Source: an uncultured Fibrobacterota bacterium
Lineage (GTDB): Bacteria; Fibrobacterota; Chitinivibrionia; Chitinivibrionales; FEN-1185
DNA: 64,000 nucleotides
Assembly (NCBI GenBank): GCA_963753345.1
Contig: CAVWBU010000026.1
Coordinates: 96,001 to 160,000 of the forward strand
Direction of reading: 5' to 3'
Of the stretch, positions 19,417 through 29,820 are shown piece by piece (within the stretch, counting starts at the first letter, position 1; each line of letters starts with the position of its first letter). Both the position numbers and the translations under genes were made by a program. A model generated the notes under the pieces. It was not told the origin of the DNA. It saw nothing but the letters and a program-made list of their open reading frames with translations, and searched no databases.

Positions 19417-20265
19417 ATGTCCACGTTGACGTGTGAAATAGTGATTCCCAGTTACAATCGCGGAGCCACGCTAGTCGCCACGGTTGCCAGGATCCGGCAG
19501 TTGTATCCCGTGGCCGATATCTGTCTCGGACTTCAGGGCGAATCGGCCGAGCAGGAGCTGCCGTCTCAGATTGCGTCCGACCCGCACCTGCGCGTCGAGA
19601 GAATGGCCAGTCCGAGTTCAACCGTCACCATGACGACGTGCATCCGGAGGTCGAAGGCGGACATCATTCTCATTCTCGACGACGACGCAACCCCCTGTCA
19701 CGGGTGGCTCGAGGCGCACCTGGCCGCGTTCGAAAGCGACGCCGGCCTTGCCTACACCGGCGGCAGGGAAGTCCGATTGTCAAAAGGGATACCGGCGTTT
19801 TCCGTCGGGGTGAGGATCATCGTGGAAGCGGTGTTCGGACTGTTTATGCCGGCGAACAGGAAGATCAACGGCCGCATCGTCGGATGGTTCAACTGGCTCG
19901 GCCTGTTTTTCGGGAATTTCGACCAGCCGGGCGTTGCGGTCGTCAACAATCCGCGCGGTTGCAACATGGCGGTCCGCAAAGGGTCGTTTCTCGCGGCGGG
20001 CGGATTCTGTCCCGACATCATCGGCAACGGCTATCTGTTCGAAGTGGAATTCGGGCTCAGGCTTGCGCGGCAGGGGAAGCTCGGCAGATATCTGGGCAAC
20101 GCCATCGTGATCCACCAGGAATCACCCACGGGCGGCAGCCGGGCAGCAACCCGCATGAAATGGTTCTGCGCCTTTGTGCACAACCACAAGCAGGTGATGA
20201 AGATCGTCGGCCCGCAGGGATGGATCGGATCGCTGCCGAGGCTTGTCAAGCGGCTTCTGTTCTGA
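19417..20265 (+). CDS. Glycosyltransferase family 2
   Basis: IVIPSYNR, LDDD and GCNMAVR...GGF. Confidence 0.85.
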   Translation: MSTLTCEIVIPSYNRGATLVATVARIRQLYPVADICLGLQGESAEQELPSQIASDPHLRVERMASPSSTVTMTTCIRRSKADIILILDDDATPCHGWLEAHLAAFESDAGLAYTGGREVRLSKGIPAFSVGVRIIVEAVFGLFMPANRKINGRIVGWFNWLGLFFGNFDQPGVAVVNNPRGCNMAVRKGSFLAAGGFCPDIIGNGYLFEVEFGLRLARQGKLGRYLGNAIVIHQESPTGGSRAATRMKWFCAFVHNHKQVMKIVGPQGWIGSLPRLVKRLLF

Positions 20266-20286
20266 CAAGGGGCGGCCGCGCATCGG

Positions 20287-20601
20287 TCAGGCGCCTGCGG
20301 AGTCCTTTTCGTCGAGCGTGTCAACAACCGAGAAGAATTGCGTCAGCTTGGTGCTCCTCAGCATTTCCCTCAGAAAAGCGTCCGGGCGGTAGAGAAGGAG
20401 GGTCTTTCCCGTTGTGTTGGCCTTGCGTTGATAGTTGATAAGGAACTTAAGGCCGTAGGAATCGCAGAGCTTGACATTTTCAAGATCGAACACGATGGCC
20501 TGCGCGTCGGGGTTCTCAAACAGCTTGTCGACGATGACGCCGAGGGCGTCGGCATTGCCCAGGAATATCTTCTCGCCGAACCTGTAGACAAGCCTTGCCA
20601 T
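20287..20601 (-). CDS. STAS domain protein (anti-sigma factor antagonist)
   Basis: IVFDLENVKLCDSYGL phosphoacceptor motif. Confidence 0.85.
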   Translation of the reverse strand: MARLVYRFGEKIFLGNADALGVIVDKLFENPDAQAIVFDLENVKLCDSYGLKFLINYQRKANTTGKTLLLYRPDAFLREMLRSTKLTQFFSVVDTLDEKDSAGA

Positions 20602-20657
20602 ACTCTTCTCCGGAGCGCGTCACCCGGCTGGCGTTCGCCGTCCGGGGTGCACGAGCG

Positions 20658-23600
20658 TCAGTATACGTCGAGATATGCCTCGCCGGTGATCCCCGAAGCG
20701 CGACCGTTCATCCTGATCACATTATCCATGGTGTTCACGACGGTCACCGCAAGTTCGTTCCGCTTCGACGAGCACGCCTCGGTGATGTCCATCTCGATGG
20801 GCTGCCACACAAACGACCCGAGTATCACGCCGTTGAGCGACACCGAAACGGGGCCCGACACCTGGGAAAACTTGAGCACGAGCCTGTTGTAGTCGCTCGG
20901 GATTTCGAAGACCTGACGATACGTCCCGCTCCCGCTCAGATAGGGATAGCCGTACTTTGTCCACGAGTCGTGGCCCGCCATGGTTTCCTGTGTGTCAATC
21001 ACCCAGCCGCTCGATCCCTTGGCGATGTTGAACGCGCCCGCGATAAGGGGCGGATACGTGATGGCCGCCGGGTCGAACACAAACCCGAGCGTCCGGATGG
21101 AAATCCGGTTGAGGCCCTTCCGCAGGTACTCCTTGATGGTGAAACAGGGCGCGCTTGCGCAATAGAAATCGAGGCAGGGCTTGCAGGCATGCTGCGCGGA
21201 AACGGACGCAGACGGCGCGTACCCCGGCAGCGGCGGCACGGAGGGGGCGGGAGCAGGGAACAGCGACAGGATGCCCGCGGCGTCCTGGAAGCACGTCTCG
21301 TTGATGCGCGTGCCGTTGATATTCACTTCGAGCGCCTTCTCGCTAATTGACAGATCGGAAGTCGCGCCGGTCATGCCGCAGAGGGACATGATGCACACCG
21401 GCGGCAGTTCCTTCACTTCGAAATAGGCCTCGTAGAAATGCGAGTACCCGCCCGATTCCCTCGACAGCCCGATGCGCGTGCTCCATGAGGCCAGCGGCAT
21501 CGGATTGAGCGAAGCGGCCGCAAACTGCCACTGGTCCTTGAGAACGATCCGGTAGTTGCGCTGAACCGTGCCGATCGCGTTGATGGCCGGCCGCTTGCCT
21601 TTTGCGACCGGCGACACGTTCATTTTCTGGGCCGAAGCCGCGATGAAGTAGGTCTGCCGCGGCGAGAAATTGAGATTGATCCTGCACAGGTCGTCTTTTC
21701 TCTGTATGTCCAGGATTTCGTGGGTTTCGCCCGAAGCGCAGTCGATCCAGTAGAAGTGTCTCTCCTCGGGCACTTCGACGGCGGCGAAATAATCCTGCGC
21801 GTCCGATTTGTTCTGCAGCACGTACACGGTCTGGGCCGCCGCGCTTCCGCAGCCCGCCACTATGTCGGGGCATTTTTTGCCCTGAACGGTGACCGAAACG
21901 GCGGAGGTGACATGCGCAAGCATGCTTTCGAGGTCCTTGGCCGGCGATACGAACACCCTGCCCGATCTTGAACGCAGGATCCTGTTGACGCGCGCGGTGA
22001 ACGACGGCGTCATGCCGTCGTCAACGGTTCCCTGCGGCGCCTCCTCGATGAAAACGATGGTCGATTTTTTGGAGGCCATCCGTTCCAGATAGACAAAGAG
22101 GTTCTTTGAAACGAGCCTCGAATAGGGAATGATAACCGCCTGGTAATTGCCCTTCCGCACCTTGCTCGGCGAATTGAACTCGCCGTTTGAAAACAGCGAG
22201 CACGACAGGAGCTGGTCTTCACTCACGATGTCGAAGTCGAGGTTGAGGCGCGCAAGCTCGTCCATGGTCTTGTGAAGCGCGAGCATTCCTTTGCGCACCG
22301 GATCGTCGTTACTGGGAAGGTAGTCCGCCACAAGGGACTCGGTCGGCATGAGGATGGCCACCTGCCGGGAAAGCTGGAGAGGCGCAATCAGTTTCTTCAC
22401 GCGCGCCGCGTACTCGGTGAGGGCCTGTGCATGGTGGGCGCCCGGCGTGTACCGCGACAGGTTATAGGGCGTCGAGATGCAGCTGCGGTGGTCCACCGAG
22501 AAAAAGCATCCGTCAAGTAGTATCCGGGAAGGCCCGGCGAGAGCGGCTTGGTCAATTTCGCTTCTCAGGTTCTGGAACGTAGCGGCGTTTCCCTGGCGCG
22601 ACCTTCCGATGACGGTGATGGTCTCCCGTTTGAACTCCCTTGCGTTGGCGTCCGCCATCGCCCGGACGGTTCCGGCGTTCTCCTCGCTTCCTTCCTGGTT
22701 TTGAATGCCCACGGCGGTGAAATTCTGATCGGGTATCACGAGACAGTCGCGGAGCATGTTCGCGGATTTCTGCACCGGCCGTTCGGGACACAGCACCCAG
22801 TGGGAAAGGCGGTACTTCTTGCACCATCTGTCAAGGACAAGCGTGAAGCGTTCGTGAAGCGACTGCACCATGAACGAATAGACATGGGGCCGGTTTCGGG
22901 CCTCACGCGCTTCACAGGTGAAGAACAGGCTTGGAAGAAGCGGGACAAGATTTTTCTTGTACTTTGACCGGTATTTCACGACGAGATCGTCGTCCCACGG
23001 GATCGCATTGTCTGCCGGCAGGCACGCCGGAACTTCGCTGATGAATCCTTCGAAGGTCGTCGGCATATATCGGGAGAATTTGCGTTTGAATGATTCCCAC
23101 ACCTTGTCGGTGTACAGGCGCGCGGTCTGCTCCCGGAAGACGTTGGGAGCGTAGTGTCCGAGGGGATCCATCGCGTATTTTTTTCTGAAGATCATCACCT
23201 GCCACTGGCCCGCGGGCGCTCTCCATGAAAGCATATTCGTGTCGGAGGGAATGGCAAATGTTTTTGTTCTGGAGGATATGAGCCTTTCGTTTTCGACTTT
23301 GGCGATCTGGACGATTGCCGTTGAGGGATCGGCAATTTTTTTCTCGTACAGAGTTTTACTGGGGATGATCTCGATATGCTCGAGCACAAGGCATTGAGAA
23401 CGGATGTGCCTGTTGACCTGGGCAAGACGGTCGAGGGCGTCATGTGAGGGCACCGAGAAATCTTCGGCGAAGCGTATCCCTATCTTGGCTTTTTGCGCAA
23501 TCTGAAGCGCGCCGTTGAAGAGATCGAAGAATTCCTCGGAAAGGAAGGATGGAGTCATATCTCTTCCGGCCTTGATGGCCACGCCGCCGAAACCTTTTTC

Positions 23601-23771
23601 AATAAGGAAATTGAGCTGTTTGGCGACCTCTTCCCGGGTTATGCAGAGGTTCCAGATCCACATTGCCCAAGGTTTAAGTTCCCGGGGAAAGCTTACTGCC
23701 TGAGGGGCAGGCTTTTGAGCCGGATGATGGGGATGTGCTGTCTTTGGGTGATGTCTTGCCGTCTTACTCAA
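20658..23771 (-). CDS. Large glycoside hydrolase-like protein (GH106/alpha-L-rhamnosidase-like)
   Basis: PWAMWIWN...GFGGV, VAIL.P, DFDIVSE and SW...GYPYLSGSGTY, NELAVTVVNT. TTG start, no obvious signal peptide. Confidence 0.65.
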   Translation of the reverse strand: MSKTARHHPKTAHPHHPAQKPAPQAVSFPRELKPWAMWIWNLCITREEVAKQLNFLIEKGFGGVAIKAGRDMTPSFLSEEFFDLFNGALQIAQKAKIGIRFAEDFSVPSHDALDRLAQVNRHIRSQCLVLEHIEIIPSKTLYEKKIADPSTAIVQIAKVENERLISSRTKTFAIPSDTNMLSWRAPAGQWQVMIFRKKYAMDPLGHYAPNVFREQTARLYTDKVWESFKRKFSRYMPTTFEGFISEVPACLPADNAIPWDDDLVVKYRSKYKKNLVPLLPSLFFTCEAREARNRPHVYSFMVQSLHERFTLVLDRWCKKYRLSHWVLCPERPVQKSANMLRDCLVIPDQNFTAVGIQNQEGSEENAGTVRAMADANAREFKRETITVIGRSRQGNAATFQNLRSEIDQAALAGPSRILLDGCFFSVDHRSCISTPYNLSRYTPGAHHAQALTEYAARVKKLIAPLQLSRQVAILMPTESLVADYLPSNDDPVRKGMLALHKTMDELARLNLDFDIVSEDQLLSCSLFSNGEFNSPSKVRKGNYQAVIIPYSRLVSKNLFVYLERMASKKSTIVFIEEAPQGTVDDGMTPSFTARVNRILRSRSGRVFVSPAKDLESMLAHVTSAVSVTVQGKKCPDIVAGCGSAAAQTVYVLQNKSDAQDYFAAVEVPEERHFYWIDCASGETHEILDIQRKDDLCRINLNFSPRQTYFIAASAQKMNVSPVAKGKRPAINAIGTVQRNYRIVLKDQWQFAAASLNPMPLASWSTRIGLSRESGGYSHFYEAYFEVKELPPVCIMSLCGMTGATSDLSISEKALEVNINGTRINETCFQDAAGILSLFPAPAPSVPPLPGYAPSASVSAQHACKPCLDFYCASAPCFTIKEYLRKGLNRISIRTLGFVFDPAAITYPPLIAGAFNIAKGSSGWVIDTQETMAGHDSWTKYGYPYLSGSGTYRQVFEIPSDYNRLVLKFSQVSGPVSVSLNGVILGSFVWQPIEMDITEACSSKRNELAVTVVNTMDNVIRMNGRASGITGEAYLDVY

Positions 23772-23825
23772 AGGATTCCTCTTCTGAAGGAGGTGATTTC
23801 CGTCATGGAATATGAATGGCTTTTC

Positions 23826-23854
23826 AATATATATATAAGCATTTCATCCGTCAA
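23826..23854 (-). promoter_or_regulatory. Putative sigma70-type promoter
   Basis: TTGACG-N17-TATATT on the minus strand, upstream of the GH106-like gene. Confidence 0.5.
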
Positions 23855-24102
23855 GCAAATACTCGCTATTTAAATGACGCTTAAGTGTTGCAACTTACTG
23901 ATTTAATGGCAGATGAAGAGGAAAAACAAATCATGAATTAATTAAGCTTTCGGTGTCTATTCTGGAAGAAGGTGTTAGCAAGTTTGAGAAAATTGAAGAA
24001 TCTGTGATCGCGGTGTTTCATTACGAAACGCAGGCTTGCCGATGACACTCTTTGGCAGGCTTCGGGGATGAAAATCTTTGATGCAGATGATTTGAAGATC
24101 TT

Positions 24103-25563
24103 TCAGTCCTCTGCATTCTCACAGCTGCGGGCATCAGACAAATCGCAGGAATCTGTTTGTTCTAAATTGCGGAAAAGGAGGGATTTCTTAAGGGCTTCGT
24201 TCTTATCGAAATCCGGATCCGGTTCAAGCTCGGCTCTTTCATCATCCTCGGGTAAATCATTATTGAAATCCGGCAATGGCGAATCTGGTGATGCCTCCAG
24301 GTCCGGATCAAAAGCTTCGGGCCCGCACATCCATCCGCTCGCGCCGTATCCCGAATCGGTGGCATAGTTGTCCGCTGCAAGGGACGCGAAATTCACGCGG
24401 GCTTCGACGACTCCCTCGCATCCTTTGCCCGCGGCCCTGGCATTGTCCGCGATCAGGTGTCCGGCAATGCTGGCGTGCGGCCTGTTGCACCTGCATGGAT
24501 CCCCGTCGCCGAAGAAGAGATTGGACTTGACAATTGCAGAAGTCGCCGGTTCGATGCCGATCCCTGCGCAGACCCCGGGGTTGTTCCTGGACCAGCCGGC
24601 GCAGGTATTGTTTTCCACCATGATATTCTGCGTCGCTGCGCCTTCGCCGCCTTTTTTTTCCATGATCAGGATCGATTCGGCGCAGCATCGTATGATGCAG
24701 TTGTTCGAAACCGTGTGGCCCCTGCCCGCAACCCGGATTCCCAGGCCGCAGTCCACGATCCGGTTGTCGCCTATGATGCTGCCTTCGCCGGCCGCAACGG
24801 ATATTGCGTGCCCGGGGCAGTTGGTGACCACATTGCCTTTCACCAGCGTGTCGCCGCATTTCACCATGATTCCTTCGGTAGCGCAGTTGTCAATCACATT
24901 GTACTCGATGCGGTGACCATGCTGGTTCGCCGCATCGTCCTGCGTGCCCGCGAGGATGCCGTAATCGTAATTGGCGAACCGGTTCCTGCGCGCAATAATG
25001 TTGGTTATCAGCCTGCCTTCATGCAGGTCGCCTTCGGAAATCATGAGGCCCACGCTCATGGCGCCGGGGTCTTTTCCCCGCCCGCTGGAAATTGCGGAAC
25101 GTGCGAAATCGCAGGACTCGACGATGTTGCATGCCCCGCCCGAGCCGCCGAAAAACAGCGTGCAGGAGGCCGCGCGCTGTCGGCCGCAGTTTTCGAACCT
25201 GACGTGTTCGAACCTGTTCCGCTCGCACGTTCCCATCACGGAGATCGCACCCTGCGGTGCGTCCCTGAAGGTGAGGCCCGAGACAATCAGATCGCTCACG
25301 TCGTATAAATACCAGCAGCCGCCGAGGATGACCGCCTTGGTTTCCTCTGCGGACGCGATGCGGATAGGCAGATCGATGGAACCGGAGCACTGGATGGTTG
25401 CGTCGCCCGGATAGGTTCCTTCCGTAAGGACAATGGTGAACCCGGGCCGCGCTCTCGACAGGGCGTCGTGTATCCGGCCGAACGGCTCTTCAAAGCTTCC
25501 GTTGCCTGCTGTTTTGCCGCGCGGGGCAACCCACAGGATGTTGGGATCGTTCGGGGAGTACAT
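24103..25563 (-). CDS. Right-handed parallel beta-helix repeat protein
   Basis: WVAP.G...GS.EEPF..I..AL..A.PG.TI.L..GTY start, Asn-ladder repeats and an acidic C-tail. Confidence 0.8.
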   Translation of the reverse strand: MYSPNDPNILWVAPRGKTAGNGSFEEPFGRIHDALSRARPGFTIVLTEGTYPGDATIQCSGSIDLPIRIASAEETKAVILGGCWYLYDVSDLIVSGLTFRDAPQGAISVMGTCERNRFEHVRFENCGRQRAASCTLFFGGSGGACNIVESCDFARSAISSGRGKDPGAMSVGLMISEGDLHEGRLITNIIARRNRFANYDYGILAGTQDDAANQHGHRIEYNVIDNCATEGIMVKCGDTLVKGNVVTNCPGHAISVAAGEGSIIGDNRIVDCGLGIRVAGRGHTVSNNCIIRCCAESILIMEKKGGEGAATQNIMVENNTCAGWSRNNPGVCAGIGIEPATSAIVKSNLFFGDGDPCRCNRPHASIAGHLIADNARAAGKGCEGVVEARVNFASLAADNYATDSGYGASGWMCGPEAFDPDLEASPDSPLPDFNNDLPEDDERAELEPDPDFDKNEALKKSLLFRNLEQTDSCDLSDARSCENAED

Positions 25564-25598
25564 AGTCGGCAGGGCGGTACAGAGTGAAAGGGGCTGTA

Positions 25599-25982
25599 CT
25601 ATTTCCCGCGCTCCTTATCGCTCTCTTTCTTGTCTTCCTTGTCTTTTCCCATGAACTGCGAGACTTTCTTGATGAGTTCGGGCGCCAGCGCGAGGATCTT
25701 TGCGAGTCCCGGATCCGATTTGGAAACCGGATGCACCTCCACCTTGTCGTTGACGATGGTGATGAACGCAACGGGCGTGATGTTGATCCCGCCGCCCGTG
25801 CCCGCGCCGGATCCCGCCTTGTTCTCGCCGCCGGCGCCGCCCGCGGCGAAGCCGACCGAAATCCTCGATACGGGAATGAGGGTGACCTCTCCGGCGCGGA
25901 TCGGCTCGCCGATCACGGTTTCCGTTTTGGCAATGTACTGGATCTGGTCCATTGCGGTTTTTATGACGTCGGTGAGGTTCAT
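25599..25982 (-). CDS. GerW/YtfJ family protein
   Basis: TVIGEPI...TLIPVSRISVGFAAGG...GGGINITPVAF. Confidence 0.85.
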   Translation of the reverse strand: MNLTDVIKTAMDQIQYIAKTETVIGEPIRAGEVTLIPVSRISVGFAAGGAGGENKAGSGAGTGGGINITPVAFITIVNDKVEVHPVSKSDPGLAKILALAPELIKKVSQFMGKDKEDKKESDKERGK

Positions 25983-26019
25983 GAGTGCGCTCCTTGAGGC
26001 TTTTATCTATTTTAAAACT

Positions 26020-26883
26020 ATGTGTTGCGCAGCGCCCGCAAAACAAAAACAAACGGCCGCGATACAGGGTGTGTTCCTCGGTTGCTTTCTTGCAATTTCC
26101 GCCTGCGGCCAGACCGATTCCGGGGTGCGCATCAGCGAACTCTTCCCCCGCGCCCAGGCCGATTGCCCGGAGTGGCTCGAACTGGCCAACACCTCAAACG
26201 CGCCTGTCAACCTGCGGAACTGGAAATACGGGCATCCGGACGACACCTGCCTCATTTCAGCGGTAGATTTTGTGATTCCGGCCGGCGGATTTGCCGTACT
26301 CACCAAAGACAAGACGCTCTTTTCCTCGAAATATCCGGCGGTGGCTCTGGTCGTTCAGCCGGTGCGATGGAAAACCATGGACAATTATCACGATACGCTT
26401 CTTGTATGGGACAGTTCGGGCGTTCTTCGTGAAAATGCGGGCTGGGACTATCGCTGGTTTGATTCGTGGACAAATCAGTCCCTCTCACGTGTTTCGTTTT
26501 CGATAAGCGGCCTCGCGAAGCAGGCATGGGTCGTTGCGGCCACGCCATCGCCCGGCCAGCCGAATGCCGAAGCGCTGTGGAGGGCCGGCGGCGCCTCGCT
26601 TGACATAGGGCCCATCCCCTTCACGCCGAACAACGACGGCAGAGACGACTATCTGTCAATACGCGTGTCGTTGCCTGCTTCGGCCACGGCGGTGGTGAGC
26701 ATATATGGGTTTGACGGAAGGAAATACCTCGACCTGCCCCAGCCGCCGTCACCCCAGTACCTCTGGAACGGCACCCTCGCCTCCGGCGGCCCCGCGCCTG
26801 TGGGCCCTTTCTTTGTTGTTGCCGAAATAACGTGCAACGGGACAAATCAGGTGCTTCGGAAGAAAGGCGTGCTGTGGAGATGA
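26020..26883 (+). CDS. Lamin-tail domain protein with CHU/FlgD-like C-terminal domain
   Basis: VRISEL...EWLELAN...VNLRNW, TPSPGQPN and PFTPNNDGRDD...IYGFDGR...WNG. Start position uncertain. Confidence 0.75.
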   Translation: MCCAAPAKQKQTAAIQGVFLGCFLAISACGQTDSGVRISELFPRAQADCPEWLELANTSNAPVNLRNWKYGHPDDTCLISAVDFVIPAGGFAVLTKDKTLFSSKYPAVALVVQPVRWKTMDNYHDTLLVWDSSGVLRENAGWDYRWFDSWTNQSLSRVSFSISGLAKQAWVVAATPSPGQPNAEALWRAGGASLDIGPIPFTPNNDGRDDYLSIRVSLPASATAVVSIYGFDGRKYLDLPQPPSPQYLWNGTLASGGPAPVGPFFVVAEITCNGTNQVLRKKGVLWR

Positions 26884-27731
26884 TGTTTCGTTCCGCCTGC
26901 GCCGCCGCAGCAGTCCTTGGCATCTTTCTGCCAGCCTTCCCGGCAACCCGCGAGCCGTTTCCCCTCGGATACTCCATGGCAAACGCAGGTACTATTCTGC
27001 AGCAGAAGGGGATTTCGGGACGCGAGGGCTTTACTCCTGCGTGCTTCTACGCCGATTCGTTCCGCTACGGCGTTTCTCTGGCCGGGGTGGATTACTTCGA
27101 CCCCATGGATAATTTGGAATCCTCGCGCATCTATCAGGTCGCCGTAGGCGGCTTCTATTCCCTCCGCGGGTGCACGGCCAAGCTTTCCGTTGAGCATTTC
27201 GACGCGCTTGGCGTGTATTTCGAGCAGGAGGGCGCGCTGTCGCTGGGCACAACGCTTGTCCCCTTTGTCAATCCTTCCGTGGAATTGTGTGGCTACCGCG
27301 CGGGCCTGTACCGTGGAGACGACCCCGCCCAGACCCACGCCGACCTGGGGATTTCGGCCATGGCGCCCTTCCGCCTTGCCGCGGTGTCGTTCGGGTGCTC
27401 CCACATTCCGGTCAAGAAAGCGGGCATCGACGGCTTTTACTCGCCGCTGACCCTGCATGCGGGCGTGCACTCGACCGCCAATGCGTTCGGCAGCCAGGGC
27501 ATTGTGTGCGAGGCCGACAACGACGGCGGGTGGAAATTCCGTCTGTCAATAGGCGAGGAGTACTGGCTGTTCCGCGCATTCGCGATCTCGGCGGCGTTCA
27601 CCACCAATCCGGTGATCGTGAGCTTCGGCGTCACGGTCGCGTGGAAGGCCGCTGTGGTGAGCGCGGGGTTTGTGGACCATCCAGTGCTGGGATGGAGTAA
27701 GGGGCTGGCGGTGGATTGGGCGGGGAAATAA
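26880..27731 (+). CDS. Putative outer-membrane beta-barrel protein
   Basis: Signal peptide, amphipathic strands and C-terminal HPVLGWS..L motif. Overlaps the upstream stop (ATGA). Confidence 0.55.
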   Translation: MMFRSACAAAAVLGIFLPAFPATREPFPLGYSMANAGTILQQKGISGREGFTPACFYADSFRYGVSLAGVDYFDPMDNLESSRIYQVAVGGFYSLRGCTAKLSVEHFDALGVYFEQEGALSLGTTLVPFVNPSVELCGYRAGLYRGDDPAQTHADLGISAMAPFRLAAVSFGCSHIPVKKAGIDGFYSPLTLHAGVHSTANAFGSQGIVCEADNDGGWKFRLSIGEEYWLFRAFAISAAFTTNPVIVSFGVTVAWKAAVVSAGFVDHPVLGWSKGLAVDWAGK

Positions 27732-27754
27732 AAATCAAATTCAAATTAAAAATC

Positions 27755-27840
27755 TGGAAGGGCCTCGCCGGCCCTTATACCCGGCAAGGAAAATGCTTAT
27801 TGTAGCCCGCCCTCCAAACCTCCCCCGCCGGGGAGGCTTT
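27755..27840 (+). repeat. Intergenic repeat family A, copy 2
   Basis: tggaagggcc..ggccctt...ggaaaatgcttattgtag...cctccaaacctcccccgccggggaggc. Confidence 0.8.
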
Positions 27841-28040
27841 TGAAAGTAACTATGTCGTGTTTGGAAAATCGAATGAAAATCAAACCAATTCAAATGATGA
27901 ACCTGATTGTATTACCTTCACTATGTTCCGGAGAAAAACATATACGACTACTACCACATTTGGACCGCGACTTTGACTGCATACACATGACAGGAGCGGA
28001 GGCCTTGCCAATCCATTTCTCGGTTGCTATAGGGAAAAGA

Positions 28041-28066
28041 TGGACTCCCGCTTTCGCGGGAGTGAC
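28041..28066 (-). repeat. REP-like palindrome (GTCAyTCCCGCGAAAGCGGGArTCCA type)
   Basis: Reverse complement gtcactcccgcgaaagcgggagtcca forms a GNRA-capped hairpin. Confidence 0.7.
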
Positions 28067-28108
28067 ATGAAAAGAAAGCTTCATGAATAAAGAGAGGTTC
28101 CTTGAAAG

Positions 28109-28136
28109 AAAAGGCCCGGAGATTCCGGGCCTTTTT
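28109..28136. terminator. Bidirectional intrinsic terminator
   Basis: aaaaggcccgga-gat-tccgggccttttt between convergent genes. Confidence 0.75.
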
Positions 28137-28160
28137 CATTACTGCGTTTCAACAGTACCT

Positions 28161-29820
28161 TCACTTCACCACGACAAGCCGCCGCGCGATTGTCTGCTCG
28201 CCGTCTCGGGCGACAACCAGGAAGATCCTCACCGAAAGCCGTTCTTCTTGGGGCGGCTTCCAGGTCATTTCATTTTGCAAAGAGATTGAACCTGCGCAAC
28301 GTCCCTCCAGGTCATACAGCGACACGACAACCGGCCTGCTGCATTCAAATCGTATCGTCCCGCCTGCTGCAAACACGGAGAACCGCGGCAAACTTGCTTT
28401 TCGGGAAGGCCCGTACGAACCCGGCAGCGAAACGGACGAAGACGCCACCACGCAGGAACCGAGCGTGAGCCAGCCGGCCGTGTCCTGGGCCCAGGAACTG
28501 TTGGAAAAGCAGAGCGTCTTGCCGTTGGTCAAGGGATTGACCGCGCGCATAAGAACGGTATAGTTCCCGGCCGCCAGGCCGTGCGGATACTGCGCTAACG
28601 AAAAGGCGACGTCGGTGTTTCTGTCAATCACCGAGGTAAGCTTCCAGGCCGTGGGCCAGATGGCGGTAAGATGCCTGCCGCTGTCGAGCATGGCGATCTG
28701 CACCGGCCAGTCGTAGTAGAACGGTGCGACCCCGCGGTTTTGGATTTTAATCGAAACCAGCAGGGAATCCGACCGGACCGTGTCCGGAAGGTTTACCGAC
28801 GAAACAAACAGGTCGTACCCCATCCGCATGCTGCCTGCAAGAGCGCGGGTGTGCTCGGTACCGCTGTTGCCCGGTTCGAAAAGCGCGTGAGCGATCATCC
28901 AGCTTGCATGCGTTGTGTCCACCGCGGCGTTGAAGCACTGCGGGCTTCCGTCGCCGCCGGTCACGCATTGGTCGGCGCTTTGCCATGTTGTCAATTGAAT
29001 CTCCGGCCGGAGCTCGCCGCCGATCGCCTCGTTCCGCCACTTGTCCTGGCAGCCCGCAGCCACGATTGAGGGCCAGAAGAACCAGGATGTGGCGCCGTAG
29101 GTTTCGTAATTGAAAGAGTCGTCGTGGTAGCCGATCGACCGGGCGGCGGGGTTGGTTCCCTTGGGGAGACGCATCAGGATCTTTGTGTTTGTAAAGGACG
29201 AGTCAAAAGCGCCCAGGACCTCGTCCTGCGTTGCCGTCGTCGGCATCCAGGTGTCGCAATTGCAGCTTGGACGGTACGTGTGCCATTCGCCCCAGAATCC
29301 GATCAGGCCCACCGTGATGAACCCGATGCGCGGGTCGCCGTCGTAGCGCTTCCCAAGGGCCACGATCAAATTATGCATGGCGCGCCGCAGGTCCGCATTA
29401 TCGTAGTCGGGCGAGAAACTCGTGGTATTGCCATAGTCGGTGTAGCTGTTTTTCGGCACGCCGGACAGAAATGCCGGCACGCCGTAAGGCTCCGTCGGAT
29501 AGTCGGCGTAAATCCGGAAGACCAGGTGATGGCCGCGTCCCGCGACCTCATTCAGAAGGTTGTCCAGAGGAGCCCAGGTGAAGGTGGTCATAATCTGTTT
29601 GTAAATCCTTCCAGGCCAGGTATTGCCATTCCATGCTGTACGGAAACGTTGTGAAACTGCCGTGATAGGGCATGAAACCCTTGAGCGGGTTGTCAACGGG
29701 TCCTGCTTTGTAGGTCTGGGAAATCCAGGCCGCGGAGGATTGTATCGGACTCGTGATCAAGAGGAACAGGCACAGCAGGAAAATTGCCGCGAGGCTTTGT
29801 GTGATTTCCCGATTATGCAT
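28161..29820 (-). pseudogene. Secreted DUF4832/DUF4874-type glycoside-hydrolase-like protein, split by a +1 frameshift near 29586; possibly a sequencing error
   Basis: N-part has a signal peptide and DNPLKGF. C-part has RYDGDPRI...GFWGEWH, GGE, MGY and NRGVAPFYYDW. Deleting one C in gaCCacc joins them (DYDTFTW). Confidence 0.75.
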
